A stretch of 63,733 bases of DNA, counting the filler, from Nemertoderma westbladi (Eukaryota; Animalia; Xenacoelomorpha), in the NCBI GenBank assembly GCA_032718475.1. It is 3 parts of 3 records of this genome, joined end to end, with 100 filler letters (N's around TTAATTAATTAA, not from the genome) between each part and the next. Parts side by side here need not be neighbours in the genome. Positions count along the whole stretch, not along the records: positions 1 to 28,238 come from JAUCBJ010001173.1; 2 more parts are not named here. The stretch is one strand, 5' to 3'. The notes beneath the pieces were generated by a model, which searched no databases, was not told where the DNA came from, and worked only from the letters and a program-made list of their open reading frames with translations. Numbering within the stretch: position 1 is the first letter of the stretch; each line of letters begins with the position of its first letter. Shown piece after piece: positions 1 to 10,835 of this stretch. Both the position numbers and the translations under genes were made by a program.

Positions 1-107
1 CACATAACAATCAATCACACAGAACAGCCCATAACAACTTAAAGCATTTATAAAACAGGCAATATCATTGGATGTTCAGAAAATGATTGCTTGGGTTTTA
101 CTCTCAT

Positions 108-180
108 GTCAGAACGACAGGTTGATTAATGGTACCCCTACGCTAAGCTGCTAAGGCGGCCTCACTACGTGGCTCGCCCC
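108..180 (+). repeat. 3' end of a dispersed repeat (Helitron/DINE-like non-autonomous family)
   Basis: Near-identical to 4270-4335 (cagaacgacaggttgattaatggtacc...cgtggctcgcccc). Family assignment is an inference from the GACA-type microsatellite and terminal structure. Confidence 0.45.
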
Positions 181-319
181 ACATGTCATCCATATGCGCG
201 CCAGGATCCTCAATGCGCGCCACACGACCTTGTTGCTCCGCGCCAGGATCCTTAATGCGCGCCACACATGTTGGAATTGGAATTTCTAATTTGACGTTAA
301 ATCAGTTAAAATAATTATT

Positions 320-1698
320 TGGCTGAATGAGAGTGTAGATTGAATATATAAGGCCGCCGCCGCCATCTCGTCTGCGATCTGCTCTGTAAAGGAGATAGCC
401 TTCTACTTCGACTTCTTTGTTGGTGATGGAGTCATCGAGCCATGTCACTGAGATTGTCAGAATTTATTATGTAGTTTATTCGTGGCAAGTGTAAATTTTA
501 TTTCGGGCAGTTTTGGATATAGGCTTTGTGTATTCAGGTGTGCGATATCGATGCCTCTGTTGTTTTGCCATGGATATAGTGGTAGAGTAGTTGGGCGTGC
601 GCGTGTGTATAATGCAGCTGGGGTCCGTGCGGCTGCGGATAACGCAGCTGGGGACCGTGTGCCTGTGGATAACGCAGCTGGACACTGCGTGGCTGCGGAT
701 AATGCAGCTGGGGACCGTGTGGTTGCGGATAACGCAGCTGGTGACCGTGTCGGCGCGAATAGTGCAGCTGGGGAGCGTGTGTCTACGGATAATGCAGCTG
801 GGGACTACGTGGCTGCGGATAATGCAGCTGGGGACCGTGTCGGCGCGTATAGTGCAGCTGGGGCAGCTGGGGAGCGTGTGTCTACGGATAATGCAGCTGG
901 GGACCACGTGGCTGCGGATAATGCAGCTTGGGACCATGTACCTGCGAATAATGCAGCTGGGGGCCGTGTGGCTGCGGATAATGCAGCTGGGGACTGTGGC
1001 TGCGGATAATGCAGCTGGGGACCGTGTGGCTGCGGGTAATGCAGCTGGGGACCGTGTGGCTGCGGGTAATGCAGCTGGGGACCATGTGGCAGCGGAAAAC
1101 GACGCCGGGGGCCATGATAACACTGGTGACGCAGCTGGGGTCTGTATAGGCGCTGGCAGTTTCGTAGTCAATAAATTGTCAATCAACTCCAACTTCGATT
1201 TAAAACTCTGTTTGAGTAATTTCTACGTTGTTTAGCCGTGTTTCAAGAACAGTCCGCATGGCATTCATGGCGACGGTTTGTGCTTCGCTTTCATCAACCA
1301 GATGGTGGAGTTGCGAAGCTAACTGTCTTTCAAGTTTGCTGTTTTCAAATTGTAGACGAGTATTGTCAGCTTCCAGACTTTCAATCTTTACTGCCGCGCA
1401 CACCCCGCAGAGGAAGTTTTGGTTTGAGAGATCAAACCCATCGGCAATTGGTGTTTCAATTTCGGTCCAGGAACTCTGACAATGGGAGCATTCAATCTTA
1501 GCTGTGGTCCATTCCCGTGGTTTTGGCTTCCTTTTCTTCGTCCCAAATGACAGATTCTTCTGAAGACGTTCGATTCGCTTTCAGTTTATTGTTGGCGTTT
1601 GTGTTTTGAAGTTGTATTCGAGTGGACAGTCGCGCCGGTTTCGAGGTAACCATATCGACCTGTGATAAGCGTTGGTTTTGTTGAGTGTCGGTATTCAT
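320..1698 (-). mobile_element. Degraded 5' part of a CR1/L2-type LINE: ORF1 (CxxC..CxxC + coiled coil), tandem array, start of APE endonuclease
   Basis: Minus-strand translation gives KIECSHCQSSWTEIE...FLCGVCAAVKIESLEADN (about 1350-1500), then RGIDIAHLNTQSLYPKLPEIK and ILTISVTWLDDSITNKEVEVEGYLLYRADRRRDGGG (about 345-560), typical APE N-terminal motifs. Broken by frameshifts. Confidence 0.75.
611..1140. repeat. 30-bp minisatellite (about 17 units, aatgcagctggggaccgtgtggctgcggat)
   Basis: Directly visible tandem units; they explain the repetitive ORFs at 476-1235. Confidence 0.95.
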
Positions 1699-2516
1699 CT
1701 TCTCTCACCTCTCCAATGTCAGATGTTGCAAATACGAATAACGGTATATATTTCAATACTTGTCAATAGTAATATAGATAATTTAGATAACTATTTTATA
1801 TCTGTACTCTACATAAATTCCAACCTGTGTATCGCCGGTAGGGCTGTTGCTGTGCAAGTGCTAGTTGCCACCGGTCAGCCGGTACCGGTAGTAGGGTGGT
1901 ACCATGGCCTACTACACACAGGCCATGACAAGGACTTTGCTGTGAAATTAGCGTAGGCTGACTGATGAATTATCAAATATTATATTTTCCATGAATGCAG
2001 GGTCCATATTTAAAAGAAGATGACTAGATTTTCGTAAAGAATTTAATTGAAACAGTATTTAATAATAAATAAATTAATTATCGCTCGAGTTCCTGCAGCT
2101 TTTATTCGTGGCAGGAATGTTTGAACGCTAATAAGTCGGTCAATCATGGATGAAATGGAACCAAACTTGGTACACTTGTAGTCTTTAAAAAAATTTAGAA
2201 ATTCTACACACAGACAGACTTCTACAGTTCCCCGGTCTGCCGCTAGGGGGCGAATTAACAGAAACGTAAAAATAGCTGTAATTATAGAACCAACGATCAG
2301 ATTCATCTGAAATTTAGTAGTAGTTACCTAAGAGCATTGCTTAATTAGAAATTCTACAGAGACTTTTACAGTTCCTGTCTGCCGCTAGTGGGGAATTGTT
2401 AGAGCTCCAGTTCAACGTGCTTAGCACGGTTTAATAAACAATCAATTAATTATTTTATTCAATACAGTAATTATAACAGTAAAATGCAATGTATTCTATT
2501 TTTTAGTAAAATCAAG

Positions 2517-2778
2517 AGACAGGAGGGGGGTGGGACTGGACGCAAATCCCATCTTGGCGAATTAATATCCCGCCTCAATATTAATTTCTAAATTTTGGGA
2601 AAGGAGCAGGTTACAGTGGCACGTTATTTTAACCAAAACAATAAAGTAAACACAATAGAACAGGTTACAGTTTTATTTTTGAGAGTAATCAGCTGTTGTT
2701 ATTTGCGTCCAATTTCCCCTGGAGAGGGATGAATTTTTATTGCGTCCAGTTCCCCCCCCCCCCCCCCCCCCCCCTATC
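2517..2778. mobile_element. MITE-like element with terminal inverted repeats
   Basis: Left end agacagg-(g)n-gactggacgcaa is the inverse of right end ttgcgtccagtt-(c)n-tatct. A second partial copy (about 4340-4358 + 9139-9271) is interrupted by the Copia. Confidence 0.6.
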
Positions 2779-4099
2779 TTGAAATCAAATACCAAAAATA
2801 TATTTATTATATGAACAATCTATTTGGAAATTGTAAGTTCGGCCTATCTCTTTACCATAAGCTCAGTATCTTTATCTGGTGTGTTTTTATTATTTTACCA
2901 ATTATTTAATATGTTTGATAGAATTGAACAACACCGCCCAACACAACCAACTCTCTATCCGCCTCGAGCATCGAGAATACGAGAAACTCGATCGAAATAC
3001 CTGCTTATCCCAGTAGTATCCGTCCGTAGTCACCGGACCGCTGCGGTTTACTCCCGTAGAACAGTAGAATTCCCGCAGCTTCCGACCCAATTCGACAACG
3101 AATTCGCTTCACACTTTCGCGTCACAGAGAACGTAATCCAGTGCGATAACGTCTGCCCAACGTTCAACCATTTCCCCCAGGCGATCCCAGGATCCGGGCC
3201 GCCGCTAAACCCAGATCGCAATCCTCGTCGATTCGTCCAGTCGTCGACGTAAGTCAGTAAGTGGGACTCTTCCCACCGCACTCCAAGGTGGGTGACCGGA
3301 GTGAGGCATGATGAACTTGGCAGTGGCCCGCATTACGATCTGACCGACCGCCGTATTCCCAGTGTCTGAGTGTAGTAAATACCCAAATAGAATCGTACTG
3401 ACAAACAAGCAATTCCGTAGTATTCCCCCGTTAATCACCTCTTGAAGCAACTCGGCTGCTCGGGTCCAGATACATCGGACTGTCGGGAGCGTTTCAGACA
3501 GTAATGGAGCGGCATTTGCGAATATTTCCAATGGTTTTATAATAAATAAGGGGATTCAACAGTTCAATGCTAAAACAAATGGATTATTCCTAACCCCACC
3601 CCAATACAGCAATATACCTAACAGTATATAGCTTAGGTACCACAGTCTGACAGTACCACAATCAGCACAGTCAGCCTACGCATGGGTGGTACCTACGGTG
3701 CGCACTACAACGGCAGTACAGCAATACGGTGTACCGTGCCAATGACTGAATGATTAGCGGTAACTACTGAACTATCTAAACTATTATATTATTATTACCG
3801 GTACTAGGCTAATTAGGCCTAAACTATAATCACCGCAAGGGTTTCCGGGGCCATGTTTAGATTACATGATATGGCATGTCTGCAGTGTATGGTACCGGCT
3901 GACCTGTATTGCAGTATTAACTGATTGCAGAATTCTCGATTCAGGAATTGAGTACAGCCTGACAGTACCGGTACAAATGGTACATGCAGATTGGCAGACA
4001 GCCCCTATGTTTTGCAAAATTTGTCAGAAAACCAGCTGATTTATCCTACAGTAATAATAATTTAACGCATGTTAATTTTGGATAAATAAATATATTATA

Positions 4100-4338
4100 A
4101 CTACAATAACAGTTACACTGATGCTGCACGAAGGCCCCACGCAAATTCTACTTGGAAAATTTTCAAACTTTTGCCAAACAACATGTGTACCAAGTTTGGA
4201 TAGATTTCATCAAGGATTGGCCGAGTTATTAACGTTTAAAATAAAATACTGAAAAAAAACGCGACAGAACGACAGAACGACAGGTTGATTAATGGTACCA
4301 CTACGCTAAGGCTCACTCACTTCGTGGCTCGCCCCACA
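4100..4338 (+). repeat. Helitron/DINE-like non-autonomous repeat
   Basis: gctgcacgaaggccccac near the start (also at about 59584), catgtgtaccaagtttgg core, (gacagaac)n microsatellite, and 3' end shared with 108-180. Confidence 0.45.
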
Positions 4339-4358
4339 ATGGCACGTTATATTAACCA

Positions 4359-4600
4359 TATTAGAAAACAATTTATAACTGTGTCTCAAACAACCTTTTA
4401 ATCAATACATAAAATCGCTTTTCAAACTAGAAATAATATATCGTACAGTAAGTTACATTAACAGCTGATAGTCCATTTGAGTTTAGAAGACAAACAAACG
4501 CCCATCACCAATATACATAGAGATATTACAAAACAGAACTATATTGTGCAATACAGTTTGGCAGAGTACTTGACGAACCAATAATAAAATATTTCCAACA
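4359..4600 (-). repeat. Copia 3' LTR
   Basis: Direct repeat of 8892-9133; preceded on the minus strand by PPT GAGGGGAAG (4601-4609). Confidence 0.97.
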
Positions 4601-4648
4601 CTTCCCCTCGTCAAGTACGTCAGTTTATCTTGAGATCTGAGATGAAAT

Positions 4649-7600
4649 TTAACCCATCATTTTTGTTCTGAATTTTAAAAATTTTTCTTTGAATAGTGGT
4701 TTGGTCATAATGTCTGCGATCATATGTTCAGTTGGGCAATGTTTTAGAACAACAATCTTCTTATTAACCATGTCTCGAATGTAATGATATTTAATTTCTA
4801 TATGCTTAGTTCTTCCATGAAAACGTGGATTTTCCGATAACGCAATACACCCATTGTTATCCTCGAATAACGTAGTGCTCCCATTTTGGTCAATGCCTAA
4901 ATCCCCCAATAAAGTTCTTAACCACACTAACTCCCTGGTGGCGACACTAGCAGCAATATACTCTGCCTCCGTTGTACTCTGAGCCACAAGTGTTTGTTTT
5001 TTACACGCCCATGAAATAAGTGAATCGTTCACAAAGAACAAATATCCAGATATAGATTTTCTATCATAGTTTCTTCCCCAATCAGCATCTACATATCCAA
5101 CTAATTGAACACGGTTGTTAGATTGATCAGCAACATATTCAATGCCGACATCCATCGTTCCTTTAATGTATCTGAATATTCTCTTCACCGCTTTCCAGTG
5201 TTCCTCGCCTGGATTAGAACTGAATTGATTAACATTACTTAGTGCTGCAGCCAAGTCCGGTCTTGTAGCACAAACAGCATATGTCAGCCCTCCTATAGCC
5301 GCTTGATAACTCTTCTGATTAACTGACTCCCCTTCATTAAGTGACAAATTTGAATTGGCATCAAACGGTGTTGAGACAGTATTACAGTCTTGCATTCCAA
5401 ACTTATTTAAGAGATCTTCAAGATATGCTTGCTGATTTAATTTTAATTTTCGATTATCACGATCTCTTTCTATCTTGATTCCCAAGCAGTAACGTACTTC
5501 ACCTAAATCTTTTGTATTAAATCGCTCTGAAATTGCTAATTTTTCTTCCTTCAACATAATCATGGAATTGGAGCAAAGCAGTAAGTCATCTACATATAAC
5601 GCCAATATTAGAAAGTTATTACCTTCTCGTTTTATATAAATACATGGATCTGCATGCGATTGCATGTAGCCATTATCAACCAGATTGTCATGCATTGCTT
5701 TATTCCAACAACGAGATGCCTGCTTTAAGCCATATATGCTTTTCTCTAATTTACACACTAAATGTTCATCTCCTTTGAGAATAAAATGTTCAGGTTGTCT
5801 CATGTAAATTTCTTCCTCTAAAACTCCATTGAGAAATGCCGTTTCAACATCCATATGATGAACTTCCAAGTCAAGTTCATTGGCTAAAGATAGAATAGTA
5901 CGAACAGATGTGTAACGAACAACAGGAGCAAAAGTTTCTTGGTAGTCAATATTGGGTAATTGTGAGTACCCCTGAGCAACGAGACGAGCTTTATATCGTT
6001 CAATTTGACCATCACAACCTGTTTTCTCTTTAAAAACCCATTTACAACCCACAGCATTTCTTCCTTCTGGCAATTCAACTAATTTCCACGTGTCATTCTT
6101 TATCAACGAGTTATATTCCGTTTCAAGAGCCAATTTCCACTTTTCACTGTTCACACTATTGAGTACTTCATTTACTGTCTTTGGCGTTTCTCCTGACACA
6201 GAGAAAACCATATTCTCGAGATTCTCACCTTCTATCCAATCCCCATATCTATCTGGTTGTCTTTTTATGCGTGTAGATTTTCTTATAGACGATTCAGCCG
6301 ATTCATCATCATGGACTTTGTCATTTATGGTTGTCCCCTTAGCTACAATAGGTTCACTCTTAATGATATTTTCCACATCATTATCCACATTGATCACTTC
6401 ATCACACTCATTGATAATGTCACTTGTACTATGACTAATACGTCCATCGAAACTTAATTCATTAAACTTAATATCACGACTTGTTGATACCTTTTTTGTA
6501 TCCTTATTATATACTCGATATCCCTTCCTTTCACAATCATATCCAACGAACACATGTTTGACACTTTTAGCATCCCATTTCTTCCTTTTTTCGTCTGGAA
6601 CATGAACCCATGCGTCACACCCAAACACTTTAAACTCAGCTACTGATGGTTTAACTCCATAAAAACATTCATATGGTACTTTAGAACAAACGGCTTTGGT
6701 TGAACAGCGATTGTTTATAAACGCAGAAGTTAGAACAGCTTCTGCCCAAAATGAAATAGGTAGTTTAGCATATTGTAAAATTGCTCTCCCACTTTCAACC
6801 AAAGTTCGATTTTTTCTCTCAGCTATTCCGTTCTGTTGTGGTGAGTAACAAACAGTCATCTGTCTTAATATGCCTTTTTCCTTAAAATAATTTTTGAATG
6901 CATCATTGACGTACTCTGTTCCGTTGTCAAAGCGTAGTTTTTTAATTAGTTTTCCTGTTTGTCTCTCTGCCATATGTTTATATTCCAGAAACTTGTCTAT
7001 CACTTCGCTTTTGGCCTTCATAAAATATACCGCACAAAATCGAGATTTATCATCGATAAATGTCACAAAGTATCGATTCCCACCTAATGATACTTCAGAC
7101 ATGGGACCGCATACGTCAGAATGAACAAGTTGTAGAACACAATCGGATTTAGAGCTACTTTCCTTTGGAAATTCATTTCTGGATTGTTTTCCCAAAACAC
7201 ATCCTTCACAAAATTTCAACTGATCTTTCGTATTTAAGTCAATTCCATGTACAAGTTCATCATTAAACATTTTTCTTAATGTTTGTTCATTGACATGTCC
7301 AAGGCGACAATGCCACAAATCTATGTTTGATTCAGATTGAGCAAAATTTACCTCATGTTTCTCTTTATTTACGTGGCCTTCAAGCTCATATTGATTACCA
7401 TTCTCGGGAATTTTTGCAGTGATTAACAATTTATTGCTTTGTTCGCTAAATACATTACACATGTTCTCACTAAACACGACTTGGCAATCATGATTTGTTA
7501 TTTTCTTCACTGATAATAAATTTTGACACAAACTCGGAACAAATAAAACATTCTCAAATTGACATCTTTTAATCATAAATGCATCATTTAAATTGTTCCA

Positions 7601-8734
7601 TTTAACCATTCCAATACCCAAAGCTTCAACAGTTTCATTATTAGCTAAATGAATGACACTGGGATTTTGTAATTCAACGTATTCATGAAAATTATCACGT
7701 TTACAGCACATATGTTGCGTAGCTCCTGAATCTATAAACCATTTACTACTATTATCATATTTGTGAGATATTCCATTGCTCGATAAACACCAAAAGGTAA
7801 AATCATTCTCATCGTTTTCTAATCGAACTACATTAGCACCTTGGTTTGATAAACCAGAACTTCCTCTACTGTTCGTACTCGTAACATTATTATCTGGGCG
7901 TGTGCAGTATCTAGCTATATGCCCATATGTACCACAATTGAAACACCTTGGCGATTGGCCGAAGCTGTTCCTAGCACTGTAACTATTATTATTATTATTA
8001 GAATTACCTGCATTTCTAGGCCAGCTGCTACCTCTTCCTCTAGCAATACCACCGCGAAGTCCTCTGTTCCATGACGCACGACCTCTACCTTGATAATTAC
8101 CTGAAGCAGCATTGGCAAATAAAGCATCATTTTCGTTTGAATCAAATTTATGTGTTTCTTTCTTTTTTTGTTCTTCCATTAATAATTTTTGTCGCAGAAA
8201 TTCTATAGATAGATCATTAGACATTTCTAATGTGCTTACCAGCATTTCGTACGATCTTGGTAAACTAAGCAGTAATTCCCATATTTGCTCTTTTTCCGGC
8301 ACATTTGCTCCAATAGCATCCAGTTGAGCCGTCAATTCCTGATGCTTATTGATATGACTCATCATATCGTCGCCTTCTTGCATAACAGCGTCTCTATACT
8401 TTCTTTTATAATAAATTATATTTTGCATCGTTTGCATTTCGAACTGAGTCTTCAATCCATTCCACGCGTCTAATGTAGATGGTTTCCCCATCACTAGAGG
8501 TAATTGTGAATCGGCAAGATGCAAACTAATTTCTGCGCGAGCTTTCTGATCTTTCTTCAACCATTTTTGAAACGCATCGCCTGCTGCTTGTGGAGCGGGT
8601 TCACTACCATTTACAACATCCCACAGATCCATTGAAATCAGTACCATTTGCATTTTATGCTTCCACATAAACCAGTTTTGTCCTGTAAATTTATCAGTAC
8701 GTAAACCAACTTTATATTCACTGGACATCCTCAC
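4649..8734 (-). CDS. Copia Gag-Pol polyprotein (gag, CCHC knuckle, protease, integrase, RT, RNase H), 1361 aa
   Basis: CFNCGTYGHIARYC knuckle; WFIDSGATQH protease; WHCRLGH..CEGC and VHSDVCGP..FDNGTEY..NGIAERKNRTL integrase before RT (YKARLVAQG, LYVDDLL); RNase H YVDADW..TEAEY..FEDN..IADIMTK. Confidence 0.98.
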   Translation of the reverse strand: MRMSSEYKVGLRTDKFTGQNWFMWKHKMQMVLISMDLWDVVNGSEPAPQAAGDAFQKWLKKDQKARAEISLHLADSQLPLVMGKPSTLDAWNGLKTQFEMQTMQNIIYYKRKYRDAVMQEGDDMMSHINKHQELTAQLDAIGANVPEKEQIWELLLSLPRSYEMLVSTLEMSNDLSIEFLRQKLLMEEQKKKETHKFDSNENDALFANAASGNYQGRGRASWNRGLRGGIARGRGSSWPRNAGNSNNNNNSYSARNSFGQSPRCFNCGTYGHIARYCTRPDNNVTSTNSRGSSGLSNQGANVVRLENDENDFTFWCLSSNGISHKYDNSSKWFIDSGATQHMCCKRDNFHEYVELQNPSVIHLANNETVEALGIGMVKWNNLNDAFMIKRCQFENVLFVPSLCQNLLSVKKITNHDCQVVFSENMCNVFSEQSNKLLITAKIPENGNQYELEGHVNKEKHEVNFAQSESNIDLWHCRLGHVNEQTLRKMFNDELVHGIDLNTKDQLKFCEGCVLGKQSRNEFPKESSSKSDCVLQLVHSDVCGPMSEVSLGGNRYFVTFIDDKSRFCAVYFMKAKSEVIDKFLEYKHMAERQTGKLIKKLRFDNGTEYVNDAFKNYFKEKGILRQMTVCYSPQQNGIAERKNRTLVESGRAILQYAKLPISFWAEAVLTSAFINNRCSTKAVCSKVPYECFYGVKPSVAEFKVFGCDAWVHVPDEKRKKWDAKSVKHVFVGYDCERKGYRVYNKDTKKVSTSRDIKFNELSFDGRISHSTSDIINECDEVINVDNDVENIIKSEPIVAKGTTINDKVHDDESAESSIRKSTRIKRQPDRYGDWIEGENLENMVFSVSGETPKTVNEVLNSVNSEKWKLALETEYNSLIKNDTWKLVELPEGRNAVGCKWVFKEKTGCDGQIERYKARLVAQGYSQLPNIDYQETFAPVVRYTSVRTILSLANELDLEVHHMDVETAFLNGVLEEEIYMRQPEHFILKGDEHLVCKLEKSIYGLKQASRCWNKAMHDNLVDNGYMQSHADPCIYIKREGNNFLILALYVDDLLLCSNSMIMLKEEKLAISERFNTKDLGEVRYCLGIKIERDRDNRKLKLNQQAYLEDLLNKFGMQDCNTVSTPFDANSNLSLNEGESVNQKSYQAAIGGLTYAVCATRPDLAAALSNVNQFSSNPGEEHWKAVKRIFRYIKGTMDVGIEYVADQSNNRVQLVGYVDADWGRNYDRKSISGYLFFVNDSLISWACKKQTLVAQSTTEAEYIAASVATRELVWLRTLLGDLGIDQNGSTTLFEDNNGCIALSENPRFHGRTKHIEIKYHYIRDMVNKKIVVLKHCPTEHMIADIMTKPLFKEKFLKFRTKMMG

Positions 8735-8877
8735 AAGTTATATTACTCAACATAAATTTACTCTCAATTCTCAATAAAAGTTATACAGTACATTGTAATA
8801 CACAGTACGACAAACACAGTTCACATCATATTACCCATACAACAGAGGTCGGTTAGTACATGTTGTAATTAAACGTT

Positions 8878-8891
8878 CTGGGCCCATAACC
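8878..8891 (-). promoter_or_regulatory. Copia primer-binding site GGTTATGGGCCCAG (half-tRNAiMet type)
   Basis: Immediately follows the 5' LTR on the minus strand; matches the PBS type of Drosophila copia, which primes with a tRNAiMet fragment. Confidence 0.85.
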
Positions 8892-9133
8892 TATTAGAAA
8901 ACAATTTATAACTGTGTCTCAAACAACCTTTTAATCAATACATAAAATCGCTTTTCAAACTAGAAATAATATATCGTACAGTAAGTTACATTAACAGCTG
9001 ATAGTCCATTTGAGTTTAGAAGACAAACAAACGCCCATCACCAATATACATAGAGATATTACAAAACAGAACTATATTGTGCAATACAGTTTGGCAGAGT
9101 ACTTGACGAACCAATAATAAAATATTTCCAACA
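8892..9133 (-). repeat. Copia 5' LTR
   Basis: Direct repeat of 4359-4600, adjacent to the PBS. Confidence 0.97.
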
Positions 9134-10141
9134 AACCAAAACAATAAACTAAGCAGTATGCACAATAGAACAGGTTACAGTTTTATTTTTGAGAATAATC
9201 AGCTGTTATTTGCATTGAATTTCCCCTGGAGAGGGATGAATTTTTATTGCGTCCAGTTTCCCCCCCTATCTGTCGAAAATATACTCCGTAGGCCTAGTAC
9301 CTGGTGCCTCGGCACTCAGTAGGGGCCTACTACAGTACCGTAGTACTGTGGTGGTATTCGCCGCAGGTGGTAGGTGGTCGGCGCAGATAGTGTGGTCTAT
9401 CAGCTATGCTTTGTAGGCCTACAATGTACATAACATACCGCACTGTCTGTCTAGATAATATCTCAGCAAAATGAACCGTAAATGTTTTACGACACCCTAT
9501 ACAGTATAATACAAAATAAAACATACGTAGTTAATCTATTTTATATTAGGTCATGGCTAGCATGAGATATAGATACTGTATCAAACGTTGGAGTTTACAG
9601 TATACAATATAGAGTTATTCATTCATTCAGTTTTAGGTGAAATGTTTTCAAATTATTATTAAAGTAAAGGACCAAAATAACTATTTCATTTTTATTCCGC
9701 AATAAACTTTCGCCTATTACAGTGCACAACATACCTAGGCATCAGGTACTACCACCGTTGTACAGTATTAACCGTCTAGGCTAGGCAACTGGTACTGGGT
9801 AACTACCCGTAGCGGCAACCCAGTCCCGCTGTCCCGGCAACAGTCTAGCTGTACTTATTAATTATTTCGGACCAATTCGGACCAACATCCCATTTAGACC
9901 TTTGTATATTACTGTACGATAGTATCTGGTGCCTATTACTACATTATGCCGGGTAGTCTGGTGCCTCCTACACCGGGAAAGATTGTTGCGAAATAGCTGA
10001 GTTACTACAGTATGGGCGTTCGAACGTTGCACGGTTTTGCATCTGCGCGATGCCATTTTATCCTAATTAATAAATACAGGTACACCTGACTTCTGGAACA
10101 TTAAATGTATTTTAATATTATTATTGCTATTACGTAGCTAT

Positions 10142-10758
10142 TGTAAGCAGATACAATTCACTGCACTACCCAGCGGAAAATGGGGAAAGTGGCTTTTTAC
10201 CAATTATAGTTGGCTAGGTGACATCAGCAATATAATGTCACCTAACAACCAACAAAGGCAATATACATTGCCAGCCACAAGTAGAGATGAGAGGCTAGAA
10301 GCCATCTCAGGGGGACGAAGGGAGCTAGCGCGTGGGTATAAGGGAACAGGGAGTGCCAAGGGAAGGATGGATAGGTTAGCCAATGATGGGGCAGAACACC
10401 ATCTGATTAGGATGCATCCATTGGCCAGGCCACGCAGCAAGTAGCCATATTCCATATGTGTTAGTAATATAACCGTTGCATTTATTACCTGTTGTTCAGT
10501 TGGTTTGTGTAGAGATGTGGAAGCAAGACGGTTTAAACCGTCGTCATCGTCATTAACTGTGCTATTATTATATTCTGATTGTGCTATTATTGTATTCTGA
10601 CATTACGAACAACTGCCACTAAAACTCAGTTATTCTATCGGCCTCCGGCCTTTCAGATACCACAAGCCTTTCAGCAGCCAGCGGAAGCGGTGACGCGTAT
10701 TATCCAAAAGCAAACACATCGGTCAGGATTCCCTCACCAACTCAGGGATCCCATCACA
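10142..10758 (+). repeat. Element A 5' LTR
   Basis: Direct repeat of 20764-21368 with scattered substitutions and small indels; AATATAA at about 10466 and Inr-like TCAGTT at 10496. Confidence 0.93.
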
Positions 10759-10835
10759 GTTTAAACCTCGCTTAGAAACTTGAAAACCAGAATATGAGGT
10801 CCAAGACAAACTGTGACTGCGCAAACGCCAACGAG

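Larger units (their letters stand above)
4359..9133 (-). mobile_element. Full-length Ty1/Copia LTR retrotransposon
   Basis: 242-bp LTRs at 4359-4600 and 8892-9133 with no differences seen; 5-bp TSD AACCA (4354-4358, 9134-9138); PBS, PPT and one intact gag-pol ORF. Confidence 0.98.

Noticed and set aside
482-1235. Repetitive plus-strand ORFs (DNAAGDRV / MQLGTV repeats)
   Set aside because: By-products of the 30-bp array on the antisense strand of a LINE remnant.
9280-9430. Recurrent TAGGCCTA / TACAGTA motifs
   Set aside because: Scattered across the window as a compositional bias with no local organisation.
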